DNA of 64,000 bases from Xylographa opegraphella (Eukaryota). Position numbers and translations under genes: made by a program. Location of the stretch: positions 186,001 to 250,000 of the forward strand of contig JALDZX010000005.1 in the NCBI GenBank assembly GCA_022813865.1, written 5' to 3'. The notes beneath the pieces were generated by a model that worked only from the letters and a program-made list of their open reading frames with translations, was not told the origin of the DNA and did no database searches. Positions 26,037 through 38,315 of this stretch are shown here, one piece after another. Position 1 is the stretch's first letter. Every line of letters begins with the position of its first letter.

Positions 26037-27036
26037 CTTCTGAAACGTTCGGAGACCTAGCTGTGCTCAGGGTACGTGATGCTTCAGAGCGCGCAATTCG
26101 TTACCTCTCCTCCGTACGAAGTACATTCGTCGCATTGGCTCTGAGATTACTTTTGGGAAACGCGAACAGCGATGGTGCACGGACCACACACGCTAATGCG
26201 GCTGTAGACTAGACCACTTCGAGCCGTTCTACCACCATCAGCCGATCAGGACCAATTCTCCACGAATCAATACGTATAGCATTCCTCTTGTCTTTCATAC
26301 GGAGAACTTCGCCATATTACCCTCAGAGATAGCGACTCCATTCGCTATCAGTTTTATAGCGAGGAAGCTATAGTGAGTCGTACTATGATTCTACGCCAAT
26401 CACGCTCAGCCTGGGGTCATAGGTTCTCCGCCAGAAGAAACGATGGCTGCCTCAAAAGCCTCCATTGCCTGATCTTACCGGTACTTTATTATGGAGATTG
26501 CTCAAACCTGCTGCTTATGATGCGAGATCTATATGACATGATCTCACATTTATACCGATTGTCAATACTCGATACAATACCCCAGGCTGGTGCGGAGTAC
26601 CTTCGGGGCGAACACCCTATCATCACCCGATCCCGGTTGGAGGTCTGCTTCAGATAGAAAAGGGAGCGTGAGTGCTTGAGAGGGTTTTCCAAATCGCTTG
26701 TTCTGGCCAGCGTACATGAATACATCAAGATTGTTTTATCCGCCAGCTCCATACGGATTACTCTCGGCTGGTTAGCAGCCGCGGCTTAGGGCTAGTGCCC
26801 GAGTCTTTCTTCTACTTACCAGCTATCTTATGGTAGCGAGAGAGAGAGGTAGGGTACGCCTACGTTAGCAAATAAGTCTAGCCAGCGCATCTCGCGGTCG
26901 CTCCAGAAAGATGGATCATCGCGACAGACCTAGGATCCAGACCCGGACCTTGATCCTACAAATGTACTCACCCCGCATAACTCATCGTTCGCGCGTCTGC
27001 TGTCCTGTGACAACCGCGATTTGAACCGCAACCAGA

Positions 27037-28421
27037 ATGGACTCATTAACCCAGCTGGCCGAGGAAATCCTAGCCACCGCTAAGCGCCTCGACGCATACA
27101 CCACCGCAAAGAATCTACCCCCTGTCTCCTTCGATGAAGACAGCCTGAGAGAGCTCCCCGCCGACGTAGACGCCGCTCGCAAATCCCTCATCGATTCGAC
27201 CCAGACATTACGGCGACTTGCCCTCGGCCCTGTAGGCACCAACCTCGACATCGCATACAGCGTGAGCACCACGCCGCACACCCACCCGTACCCAACCCAA
27301 TTGACAACCGCCAGGCAACGAACGTGCTCTCCCTCCGCATTATCTACGAGTACCGCATCCCGCACATTGTTCCCCTTTCCGGCTCGATTACCTACGCCGC
27401 CATCAGCCAAGCATGCGGCCTGCCCGAGGACCTCGTTGTCCGCTTCCTGCGACACGCCATGGCGAACCACATCTTCGCGGAGGCCGCGCCCGGGCACGTC
27501 TGCCACACGGCCTTCTCGCGGCAGTACGTCACGGACGCAGCGTTCTGCGACACGATGGGCATGCTGACGTGCGAGGTCGACCCTTGTTATGGGAAGGTCG
27601 TCGACGTGCTCGCTTCGTACCCCGACTCCGGCGCGCCAAATGAGACGGCGTACGGTCTCGCCCACGGGACCTCCCTCCCGATGTATGCCTTCCTCACCGA
27701 GCACCCGGAGCGGGCGCGCCGCTTCGGCTCTGCCATGCGCTGGTTCACTAAGGACGAGGTCTGGGACCTGAAGCACCTCGTCTCCAGCTATGACTGGGCG
27801 TCGTTGGACCGGCCCGGCGCGGTGCTCGTGGACGTCGGCGGCGGCGAGGGAGGCGTCGCACAGGTCCTGGCCGCTGCGACGCAGCAGCTGAAATTCGTGG
27901 TGCAGGACCTGCCCGACACGGCGAAAAGAGCGCGGGAGCTGCTCCCCGCGGCCTTTCACGACCGGATCGAGTTCGCGGCGCATGATTTCTACACCGACCA
28001 GCCTGTCGCCGCCGATGCGTATCTCTTCCGCTGGATCATGCACAATTACAGCGATCCGGCCTGCGTGCAGATCCTGCGGGCGTTGATCCCCGCGCTGAGG
28101 GACGGGGCGCGCGTACTGGTGTACGAGATCGTGATGCCGGACACGCCGATCACGAGTTACACGGAGAAGATTCAGGCGTGAGTGCCCCTCCCCCATCCCT
28201 GGGCTTCTGCTGTGCTCACCGTGGAAGTCGGGACGCTGATGCCATGCGTGCGCTGCAGGAACGTCGATCTCATCATGCTGGCCATGTTCAACTCCTGTGA
28301 GCGGACAAAGGACGCTTGGCGCAAGCTGTTCGCCGCCGCGGACGAGCGATTTGTCTTCGCGACCATCATCAGCGTGCCGGGGAGCGAGCTGAGCGTGATT
28401 GAGTTCATCTGGAAACCATGA
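27037..28421 (+). CDS. SAM-dependent O-methyltransferase (Methyltransf_2), secondary-metabolite type, 3 exons
   Basis: Introns 27262-27314 and 28178-28258. Motifs LVDVGGGEG, FVVQDL, HDFYTDQPV, ADAYLFRWIMHNYSD, CERTKDAW. Confidence 0.92.
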
Positions 28422-29034
28422 TCGCGGTCGTCGCGGAGGCGGGATGTTGAGCTGCTGCAACGCAGCGGTGGTGTTTCCCCCTTGTTACCGTTCTACATGC
28501 TCGTGTAATATGCGTTGTCGACTGATGCCGAAGTACGGCACTCACAAAGCCTGAGAGATTGATTTTTGAGAATGGCTCGGCGATTGTTCCGGGATGTGAA
28601 ATCTGATGATTGTATTTTTCCTGTAAATATATGAGACTCACTGCCTAGCCGTCCACCCAGGCTTATAAAGTCCTCCTCCAGACGAGCTAGACACCGTTCC
28701 TGCATGCCACTTTTCAAACAGCCGGTACAACGGGTCCCTACCTCCCATGCGGGCCTGGTTCTTAGAGGCACACCTCGCGGCGCGAGATGATCACCTCGTA
28801 CCTGCTTCCGCATCCTCTCATACCGCGCCCGGCTTCTCGAAGCCAGCGTCGTCAAGGATCTCCGCGGGCTCTGCCACTCGCAATACCACTCGTGAGACAC
28901 GGTGTTTGAGCGTCCCAGTACGGCTATGTTTGAGACTAGCCCCAGAGCCTCGTGTGGCAATATCGACACCTCGACCCCGTCCAAGCGGCGTGTGTGCATT
29001 TATGCTTACTGCTTACCCTCCGTGCCCCGATTCG

Positions 29035-29877
29035 TCATCTTGTCTCGTTGGCCAACCTCACGCACAGCCCATTATGCACCCACAAGTCCTCACCCCTCCA
29101 CCGCGCGATATACAATCCTCAGCTGCGTGACACTCATATAGTAGTCCTGCGCGACGGCCGCACAGGCGCCGCCCCTCCGAACTGTATGTGCGCCCTTGTG
29201 CCGCCGGCACGCGCGGGACGACGCTGCGTGAGGGTCCGCGTGATGGAGCGGGTCTGGGTGAGTGTGCGTCGCTGGGAGGGCTCTCAGTAAGCGGTAAAAC
29301 TAGGACGGAGGGCGGGGGGCGGGGGGCAGACCAGGAAGAGGAAGGGCGCGAAGAGGCACCGGTCTATCTGCTTGGCGCTGCTGATGGAGCCGCTTTCGGA
29401 GACATCGTCTGCCTCCTTCTTCTTCTCATGCTGGTTGCGGGTGGAGCGTGGTAACTGGGACGCTGTTAGTGGGGATAAGCAGTGATGGGAAGGGCTGCGC
29501 ACGTCGATTTCCTTGGTTCTGGTTGTCTCCGTGGACTTGAATAATGGCGCGGGTTCTGCTTCTCGGGTCGCACTTGAGGATTCGGAAGCTGCCCCGACTG
29601 TAATTATATTAACTTTCTCTGTAGGTGGCAATCTGAAGTCAGGGGCTGGGAGGGGCACACGCCCTGCCTAAGAACACCGTAACTGGAACCCGGGGCTCCG
29701 TCCCAGGACTTCCGTCGCTATGTGCGTACGTGTATTGTTGAGTATCGGTGTCGTAGCCCACTCGCCGCATACCCTCCGGCAGGCGGTAGCTATCCTTTTG
29801 GTCCGTCAGAATCGAAACTGGACAGGCATCCACTGTGTGGAGGCGCCTACCTCATCATACTGAGTCCATCGACCCAT
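29035..29877 (-). pseudogene. Frameshifted membrane-anchored LysM (CBM50) protein gene
   Basis: MGRWTQYDE | intron | DSYRLPEGMRRVGYDTDTQQYTY..DGS, then a 1-nt frameshift into WDGAPGSSYGVL. TM remnant FAPFLFLV. Broken LysM HTVRRG/ACAAVAQDYYMSVTQLRIVY../EDLWVHNGLCV. Confidence 0.7.
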
Positions 29878-32800
29878 CCTTACCGCGCGTAACAATTCAG
29901 TGTCGGATTGAATTGGTATTGAAACGAGGTATATCAAACCCAATCGGATGAAATTCCACATGAGTATGGGCAGGAGTCAATTGTGGTGAATAAGGTATCG
30001 CTCCGCAAGCAACTTGGAAGGTCACACACCCCGCATCTCAGCCTTGTATCGTCCGCTTGAGCGAGGAAGCGAGATAAGACAGAACGAGTACGCGGATTCG
30101 AAGACTTATTGAAAGCGTACGGCTCATCCCCGCCCGTGATATAACCTGTACCAAACGATACTTCAGGATGACGCATCCCACCTGAGAATACCTGTCACCT
30201 CTAGACGCCAGTCCAGGTGCCTGTCAGCAATGATTTCTTCGATAAACTTCTCAGCCTCGACTGAGCAGCAGGGATCAATACTCTTACTGCCAAACCCTAC
30301 TGCTTCAAGAAAGGGTATTTGGTTAGCCAGTCAACTCTAAGAGTTCCACTCAAAAGGCCACTCTAAAGAACATGATTACCCACTCAGTTTTCGTCAATCT
30401 GCCGGTGGTCTGGCGCGAATTTGCTGAAGGGAACGAATGGAAGGTATAATCGACCGAGGCGAGGAAACTTGCCTGTGAGGTCTGCGAAATGAAACCTATA
30501 TAGACAGGTAGCAATATAAGAAAGCTTCCGAATAGTGAAAGGAACAAGCACTTTTGGATGCGGTACTATCACTCCCATGAGATCCTGCAAACTGGATGGA
30601 GGCGTTGGCCACCTCTGCCACATGTTCAGGCAGCTGTGAGCTTCGAGAAACGACCTTCGTCCAAGAGTAAGGACAGCCATACCCGCATATTGAAGGGGTA
30701 TATTTATGCCAAGGCGAATAGGTTGGTAGAGTTTTCGTGGTGGCCAATTCGGTATGCTTGGTAGCAGGTGGGTGTCTCAAAATGAGAACGTGATATGTCA
30801 TGAGAAAATTTCGAGTTCTTCCGACTTAAAAGAGCAACAAGTTAGATTACCGTGATAACCGGGCGGGACAACGATAATAACTGTCATAAGATCGATGACA
30901 TCAGGAAGAGTTCGCCAGAAAATGATAATATCACGCGGTAGATTGAGAAGGACGGTACTTTGCTTCTTTAATGCCATCAGATATTCCTAGCACGGAACTT
31001 TCAACACTAGACACATAACTCTCTTATCGCACAAAGTCAAGGAAGGGCTTTATTGAAACAAAAAACGAGCCTGGAAAAAGAGCATGTAGAGAATTGCAGA
31101 CCTCCAGCTTCTGCAAAACACAGGATACATAATCGATAACAGCATCACTGCAAGCTGTCACCTGGAAGTCTGGTTTGTGACATGATCTTACAGCAGAAGG
31201 AGCTGGGCTATCAAGAGATGCAAAGATGATACACAGAGATTGGGGGGTCGGTGGGGTGTCTAAGCAGGACAAGCAGTTTCATGAACGGCCATGCACTTGG
31301 TCATTAACAAAATCTGACTCATTTGTTCTATGTTGCTTCAAATGTGCTTGTTGATATTTCGTTTCTTGATCTTCTTTCATCGTCTACTTAGCAGAAAAGA
31401 CAACAGCATCTGATAAGGTTCCGCCGGACGTTTAATTGCCGCGTTAGCTGTCTTTAGATTCACCTCAGGCTGTGCTGAGATGGGATCTGGTGAAGACCTG
31501 AACGGGGCTCGAAATTGGATGAATCATTGACCGAAGACTATGAGGCTCTGGGATCTTGGCTCCCGTTGCTTTTCTTTGCTCTTTGTCTTCAAGATCCAAA
31601 TCCCATCAATGACCAGGGGAAAAGGTTTGTCGCTGCTTCTGTAGCGAATCCTTCCCCGGCTTGGCGGGCTCACGTGACGAAGCATTCTAGCCTATTCTAG
31701 TACTAATTAATACTACTCCATGTTCTTGCTCAATACATTTTACCTCTTCGACGTCACATATTCCCCGGCGCTTTGACGTTGACCGCAAATATGTATCGTG
31801 TCTTGTGTCGACTGCAGTTGCAGTGTTCTTATGTACCTTCTCTCGTATTGATGCTGCTTGGGCACTGTTGCCAAGATGGAATGTATTGATGAAGGCCGCT
31901 TAGCATGGCATTATTCGTCTGACCTGAGCATGTGAGCATCCAAGCATTGAGCTGGGGAACTAGAGACAACTTTAGCCCGCTTTTCTGGCTTGTTTTCATG
32001 GGCCTGAGCTCCCGAATCTTCTGTTGAGCCCCTGATTGTGCTACACGAGTCTTAAAAAGGTCGCCGTGCCGGGGTCTTGTATGCAAGGCCTCAAAGAACT
32101 CACGACCATCTGGCCTCTGTCAGGATAAAATAACGATCAAAAAGCGCAAACTTCTGCGGAATTGGGCGAATCCCGATGGATAGTTGAAACGGGACGGTTT
32201 ATCTGCGGATCTACTGTGCAAGCTTACGTATGATCAACCTACAAAGACATGAAACATCACATCTAGCAGAAGTGATATGGCACAAACAGATTCCAGCCCA
32301 TATTCTACAAGTGTCAAAGATCGTCATATCGATCGTATGTTGTCAATAAGACCTCTCGATCTCGTTTTTCTCTGCTGCCTACGAACCGGAAAGCAGCACT
32401 TCCGGCAAATGATGAAACACTCATCGCATATGTATGGTGTGGCTGTAGCATATGGCACATATCATAGTGACGAAGATGTTACCAATGATCGGAGGAAAGT
32501 TTCCGAAAGCTGTTCTCGTTCTCGCTCGATCGCTTCGCATTGCAACTTAAGTGGACAGGTTCACTCGATGGCGATGATCTATTTCAGCCATCAATAATAA
32601 CTGATTGTGTCCTTCCTATTCTAGCTGTTCTCTTGGATCTCTTCTATGTGGGGTTCGCATGCAAAACGACTTTTCTGCAATGCAACCCCATTGCATTGCT
32701 TGGCATCAGCTCGACTCTGATCTCTATTGCTTGTTAATTCAATTCGCTTGCTTTGCGGAGTATTCATGCGCGCATTTCAGTGATGTATGATACTAATTTG

Positions 32801-32990
32801 ACAACCTAACTTAAAGCAGCTATCTTCCATAGAGCCCACCATACCTCGCTATGACGAATCTACGATTGGCTATGGAGACCGGATTGTTGGGATTTTGCTC
32901 ATCCAATGTCGTTCATGTTTGACGTCTTTGGACAACGATGAAGAGGCTGGCGCTCATACCGACCAACAAATTATGGTTCCGGAGTTTGGC

Positions 32991-32997
32991 TATAAAA
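32991..32997 (+). promoter_or_regulatory. TATA box of the small secreted peptide gene
   Basis: TATAAAA about 109 nt upstream of the ATG at 33100. Confidence 0.5.
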
Positions 32998-33099
32998 CAT
33001 GCTTCATTAGGAGGCATCTTCTCATCCCTAGAAACGAATTCGCCGATTCTCCTCAGTCTCTCACTTGTCACCGTTCGACACGCTTCAAAGAGATTCATA

Positions 33100-33341
33100 A
33101 TGCTCCGCATCAAATTCCTCTCCACGCTATTACTTTGCGTTGCCTTGGCATCAGCAATGCCCTTTGAAGGTACGTGCTCTCTAGCCCAATTACATCCGTA
33201 CTACTTCTGATCCTGTATACCACAGCAACCGTCCTTGAAACTAGAGAAGACCTCATTTCGCGCGGTACCTGCAGCGGTCCCGGGAACCGTCGTTACTGCG
33301 AACCTGGCATCTGCGTTTGCGCCACTTGCGAGTGCCCCTGA
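33100..33341 (+). CDS. Small secreted cysteine-rich prepro-peptide (61 aa; 2 exons)
   Basis: Exon 33100-33169, intron 33170-33225 (gtacgt..ctgat..cacag), exon 33226-33341. Product: MLRIKFLSTLLLCVALASA-MPFEATVLETREDLISR-GTCSGPGNRRYCEPGICVCATCECP*. Confidence 0.8.
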
Positions 33342-34529
33342 AGAGGTCAATGGGTATATCAAGCGCTCTGGACTCGTCGAACATCGGTCGCTAAAGCGTG
33401 TATTGTGCTGAGCAAGAGGTCGGAGCCGAACACTTTGCTGCGAACGTCACAGGATAAAACGAAGTTTGTAAGCGTATCAAGCAGGCATTGTTTCAAGTCT
33501 AGCCGAGTGACCAGTGCGCTATTATATACTGCCTTGAGTATTTGGATGTCATAGCATATTATCGAGTCATTATTTTCACTCTCTGGACACACCCTCTTCG
33601 GAGTTTTTGCTGTGACCTTAAGACAAATTGATGCGAATTGAAATAGGCCCAGTAGGGCATTGCCGCCCGGTGCTGAGCTCAAATTCGATTTCTAGCAGAT
33701 GTCTAGAGAGTGAGGATTTCGGAAAATCTTCGACGAGTGCTGGTTCAGTTATATTTTGATCAGTATCTTTACAGATCGAGCAATATACATGTGTACGAAA
33801 TCCTATCCCACCATCCTCGTTTCGACCAGTCCACCAAATCAAGCACATTTCCACTGGCAGAAACCCCAGATACCAATACTCAACCACCTTTCCCTTCCCC
33901 ACAGTAAGGTCGACCCCACAAACTGCTGTTCCCCATCCACTTAATGTTGCTAGCCACATTGCCATCATAACCTCCAGAACTCTTGTTGCTCAAAAGCTTA
34001 TACGGCAAATACACTCTCTCGTAAACATCTTACAGAACTTGTGCTCTGCATTGACAAGCCATATAGGGTATTCACACCGTAGACCTTGAGCGCTGGTAGC
34101 TAAACGATCACTCATCCGAACAGCATCCCGCGTGGCAGGCACTGTTTCATCAGGGGCAGCTGTGCGCTGGTAGCAGAATATGGGAGTGAGTTCATGCAGC
34201 TGTGATCAATTTAGAATAGAAGCGGTTGACGTAAGTACAATGTCTGGGAGGCATCACGTCCTAGAAATGGTTGCAGGCGCCATAATTTTGAGATTTAATG
34301 AGCAGGAAGGCTTTAACATGACCTTACCCCACAGCCCGGAGATACCGCTGTTATCAGGGGCCCCTTAGGGACTATCTTAGTGCCTCACACGTCCATTAGG
34401 ATAACTCTAAATCAGCCTTATCTTAGCTGCGACCGCGTTGCTTCAATAACGAGAATGTCGCGTAGTTTCCAACTTGTGGTAGTCTTCAATCTTTGCAACG
34501 TAATTCTGGTTCCTCAACTTCCTGTACTA

Positions 34530-36008
34530 ATGGACGAATCTGACTCGGAAAGCAGCCGTTCGATGAAGAGACGCCGTATCACCAATAACGCGCAGCCCAA
34601 CTTCAGATACAGCTCGCCCGACGAGCTCGCTGCAAGCTCCGAACATGAGTTAAGATACACGAGACGAGCAAGTTCTTCCGCACATAAAGATCTGGGGGGC
34701 TCTAGACGACAGAGCTACCATGACCATGCCTCCGACGAAAGCCCGGATGAGCTTGATCATACCGTCCATACTTTCTACCGTGATAAGAGGACTCGAGCTC
34801 GAAGGAATCCGAATTCCATGTCTTCCCGAGAGCAGTCGGCGATTACGGGTAGATCAAAGCCTTCGCCAGAAAGAAAGCTTTCTTACATGAAATATAAGCA
34901 AAAACTGGTCTTGAAAGGTCATAGAAGAGGTGTCGCTGCGGTCAAATTCTCTCCAGATGGACGGTGTGTTGCGAGCTGCTGTGAGTTTTCCATGATTTTA
35001 CTTTGGTCTGCTTGGGCTGATGGAGAAACACGTCAGCGGCTGATGCTACCATCAGAATATGGGATACTGTTACCGGAAAGCAAATGCACATCCTTGAGGG
35101 CCACTTAGCTGGGATCTCCACTATAGCGTGGGGTCCCGATTCCAAGACACTGGCTTCTGGTTCCGACGATAAATCCATCCGCTTATGGGATGTCTCTACT
35201 GTGAGGAACATGTGAAAAGTCTTTTTTGTCGAGAACGAGGACTAAAGTGGGTTTTACAGGGCAAAGCCTATCCAGTACCATTGCTCGGACATCACAACTA
35301 TATATATTCTCTAGCCTTTTCGCCGAAGGGAAATATGCTCGTCAGTGGTTCGTACGATGAGGCTGTGTTTGTCTGGGACGTCAGGACGGCAAGTGTCATG
35401 CGGTCCCTACCAGCACATTCAGATCCCGTTGGGGGTGTCGATTTCATCCGCGACGGAACACTGATTGTCAGTTGTGCGGGCGACGGTCTTATGTAAGTTC
35501 TCTCATTGGCTTTATATGTATGGCTCGGACTATGGCTGATCACGATAGACGTATCTGGGATACTGCCACGGGACAATGCCTCCGCACCCTCGTGCACGAA
35601 GACAACGCCCCAGTTACCTCGGTTCGATTTTCACCCAATGGCAAATTCGTTCTTGCATGGACATTAGACTCGTGCGTCAGACTATGGAACTACATTGAGG
35701 GCAGATGTGTCAAAACCTATCAGGGTCATAGCAATGAAAAGTACAGCATCGGTGGCGCGTTTGGTGTTTACGGCGGCGGTGACCAAGCCTTCATAGCATC
35801 AGGCAGTGAGGACGGAAACATCACCCTTTGGGATGTCCCGAGCAAGAACATACTGCAGCGGCTGGAGGGTCATGATGGGGTCGTGCTCGGTCTGGATACG
35901 CTGTCGGGAAAAGGCCTGCTGGTGAGTGGGGGACTTGATGGGACGGTCAGGATATGGCGAGCGGAAGAAGAAGAAGCCGATCACGTAATGAAGAACGAGA
36001 TGGATTGA
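34530..36008 (+). CDS. SWD3: WD40-repeat protein, WDR5/Swd3 (COMPASS) type, 4 exons
   Basis: LKGHRRGVAAVKFSPDG, GSYDEAVFVWDVR, SLPAHSDPVGGVDF, IWDTATGQCLRTL, KTYQGHSNEKY. Introns 34981-35036, 35201-35259, 35493-35548. Confidence 0.85.
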
Positions 36009-36109
36009 ATGCTGGACAGCCATATCCAGCCAGATAGAGGATATCCTCAGCTCTCTACATTTAACTCTCTGGTCTGCTTGTTACAGAACACTGTCTCACG
36101 GAGTGCCCA

Positions 36110-37513
36110 TCAAAACAAGTCCCTTATCTTGCCGGCGAAATCCCTTTTGGCCTGCGCATCGACATCCTCCTGCTTGCCCTCCACCTCAATTGCGTTCCGA
36201 ATCTCCCACTCAAACTCCTTGAGCGCCCGCAGCTCCGACCCGATGAACAAGCCCCCGATCAAACCATCAATTACGCCAGCGCTCAGGTTGATGGTGCTGA
36301 TGAGGGCGACGATGAAGGAGACGTAGGTGTGGGGCGACCACCAGATGCCGATAAGGCAGCCGATCGAGATGAAGACGGCAATCACCAAATGCGAGAGCAT
36401 GATACGCCGCTGCCGGAGCTGGCGCGCAGTATATGTGTGGATAAGGGGAAGGATTGAGAGAAGGAGAGTACGGTCTGGAGCTCGCGGCGGAGAGTCTACT
36501 TTTTCGCCATCGTCCGATCCGACCCGCACAATGGTTGCCTCGACGGAGAAATGGTCGCTCAGCGAGCAGCCCAGCGTCGGATGCCGGGCCGTCATACCCA
36601 CTTTGGAGGCCTGCACCCGCCACTCACTCCCTGGACCCGAGCCAGGGCTGAAGAAGATGTAGTCGAGCCTCTTCGCGTTCCGGTCTTCCGCCTCGTCCTC
36701 GGCGTCGATGCGCTCGCCTTTCCGAAGCCGCTTCTGGTCTTCCTTGCTCCACCGCCACGTGTTCAGCGCACTGTCACACGTTGCTCCGTTCTCCCGCACA
36801 CTCTCCCGCGCGGTCGGCACCGGCCTGCCCCGTGCCTTCTCGGCCTCATCCGCCGCCGCCCCCACCGAGGACTCGGGATACAGCACCCGCCACACGTCCC
36901 TCACGGGCGCGAACCCCTCGATCAGCCGGTGCGCCAGCGACAGCGGCACCATGTTGAAGTCGCCCATGCCGACCACCAAATGCCCGCGCTCCGCGGCTCC
37001 GCGCAGCAGCTTGGCGATCTCCCACGCCTGCGCCGTGCGGTGGCACAGATAGGAGTCGCGCGGCTCCTTCTCGTACGGCGCGTGCAGGTGCGTGCAGAAT
37101 ACCTCGAGCACGTCTTTCACGCCCGGGCCGTAGCGGATGCTCGCGCACGCGACCCCCTTGCCGACGAACCAGTCGCCGCGGTAGAAGGCCGTCGGCCGCC
37201 CGTTGAGGGGGTAGCGGTACATGGTGCTCGCGGTGATGGGGTACGCGGACAGGATGACGAGCCCGGAGCCGAAGGCGCCGCTGTGGTAGAACTTCGAGTG
37301 TGGGAGGAGGGGGCGCGTGGCGGCGCGGATGGACAGGTAGTCGGCGTACGCCCAGCATTCTTGCAGCGCGACGATGTCGGGTGCGGGCGAAGCGCGGGCG
37401 ATCTCGTGCCCGATGCGGGAGAGGCGCGCCGAGCGCGAGGTGGAGATGTATTTGAGGCCCCAGCAGTTGAGGGTGAGGAGGTGGAGGGTTTTGGGTGGGG
37501 TGGGGTGGGACAT
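36110..37513 (-). CDS. ISC1: Inositol phosphosphingolipid phospholipase C (neutral sphingomyelinase, EEP family)
   Basis: LTLNCWGLKY, DIVALQE, GDWFVGKGVA, THLHAPY, GDFN, RLDYIF, SDHF and two C-terminal TM helices. Confidence 0.93.
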   Translation of the reverse strand: MSHPTPPKTLHLLTLNCWGLKYISTSRSARLSRIGHEIARASPAPDIVALQECWAYADYLSIRAATRPLLPHSKFYHSGAFGSGLVILSAYPITASTMYRYPLNGRPTAFYRGDWFVGKGVACASIRYGPGVKDVLEVFCTHLHAPYEKEPRDSYLCHRTAQAWEIAKLLRGAAERGHLVVGMGDFNMVPLSLAHRLIEGFAPVRDVWRVLYPESSVGAAADEAEKARGRPVPTARESVRENGATCDSALNTWRWSKEDQKRLRKGERIDAEDEAEDRNAKRLDYIFFSPGSGPGSEWRVQASKVGMTARHPTLGCSLSDHFSVEATIVRVGSDDGEKVDSPPRAPDRTLLLSILPLIHTYTARQLRQRRIMLSHLVIAVFISIGCLIGIWWSPHTYVSFIVALISTINLSAGVIDGLIGGLFIGSELRALKEFEWEIRNAIEVEGKQEDVDAQAKRDFAGKIRDLF

Positions 37514-38315
37514 TGGTGGGTGGGGGTGGAGTGTAGGGGTGGTTGGAGGAGTGGGGCGTGGGGAATGATCGGTGATGTGTTTGGGTTAGATTGCTGTCAC
37601 GGTTTCGAAGCTGGAGACTGTGAATTGAATATAGGAAAGGATTGAAGTAGTGGTATAGGACCAGCGTGGGTACTGCGGAGGCGGAGAAATCTTTTTTACT
37701 CCAATTCAGCTGGGATGAGACATGGTAGATGAGATAGTGGGGGCGAAGGGAGGAATACCTCAAGTAAAGATTCCCACGCAACCAAAAGCTTTGGAAAAGT
37801 AGGATGGGGAAGAAGTGAGGATGTTCGGTGCAGAACTCCGTGTCGAAAACGGGCTTTCGCGGTCTTCCACTCTCGTTCCCCCATCTGGTTAGTCTTAGGA
37901 TCGAAGATATTCCCTTCCGACAACCCTAGGTACCTAGTCCCAATGGGCATCGTATGAAGAACAATCGTGGAGGTGTTGGGTTGAAGTACGGGAGTGGTCC
38001 GTTTCTACTATTCTCAGGACATTCTTATTGAGATGTTGATACGGGCTTTAATATAGTAGAGTATCGTGACGGACAGATCTACGAGGAGGGAGGGCGGGTT
38101 GATGGTGAGGGTGGAGGGTGATGTTGGGTGTCTGTCGTCGTTTATGCATTGATAGATTGGGGAGATGGTGTGCTTGTGGGGGAAGTGGCCTCGGAGTTAA
38201 TCACATGCCTTGATACGCTGCTGCTTCTGATAACTTGCATGCATGGCCGCTTACAATTGTAAGAAAGAAATAACGAAAACCCCCTCACGTCAATAATGTA
38301 CCTCTGTCAGGCGAT

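Noticed and set aside
26982..28460. 492-aa antisense ORF over the O-methyltransferase
   Set aside because: Shadow ORF caused by high GC3; no motifs, and the sense gene is well supported.
29930..32900. Gene-poor stretch searched for transposon remnants, RiPP precursors, DUF3328 partners or more small peptides
   Set aside because: Only short ORFs; no terminal repeats, repeated KR-delimited cores or recognisable domains.
36551..37781. 364-aa and 311-aa Arg/Ala/Pro-rich ORFs overlapping ISC1
   Set aside because: Alternative-frame or antisense products of a GC-rich coding region.
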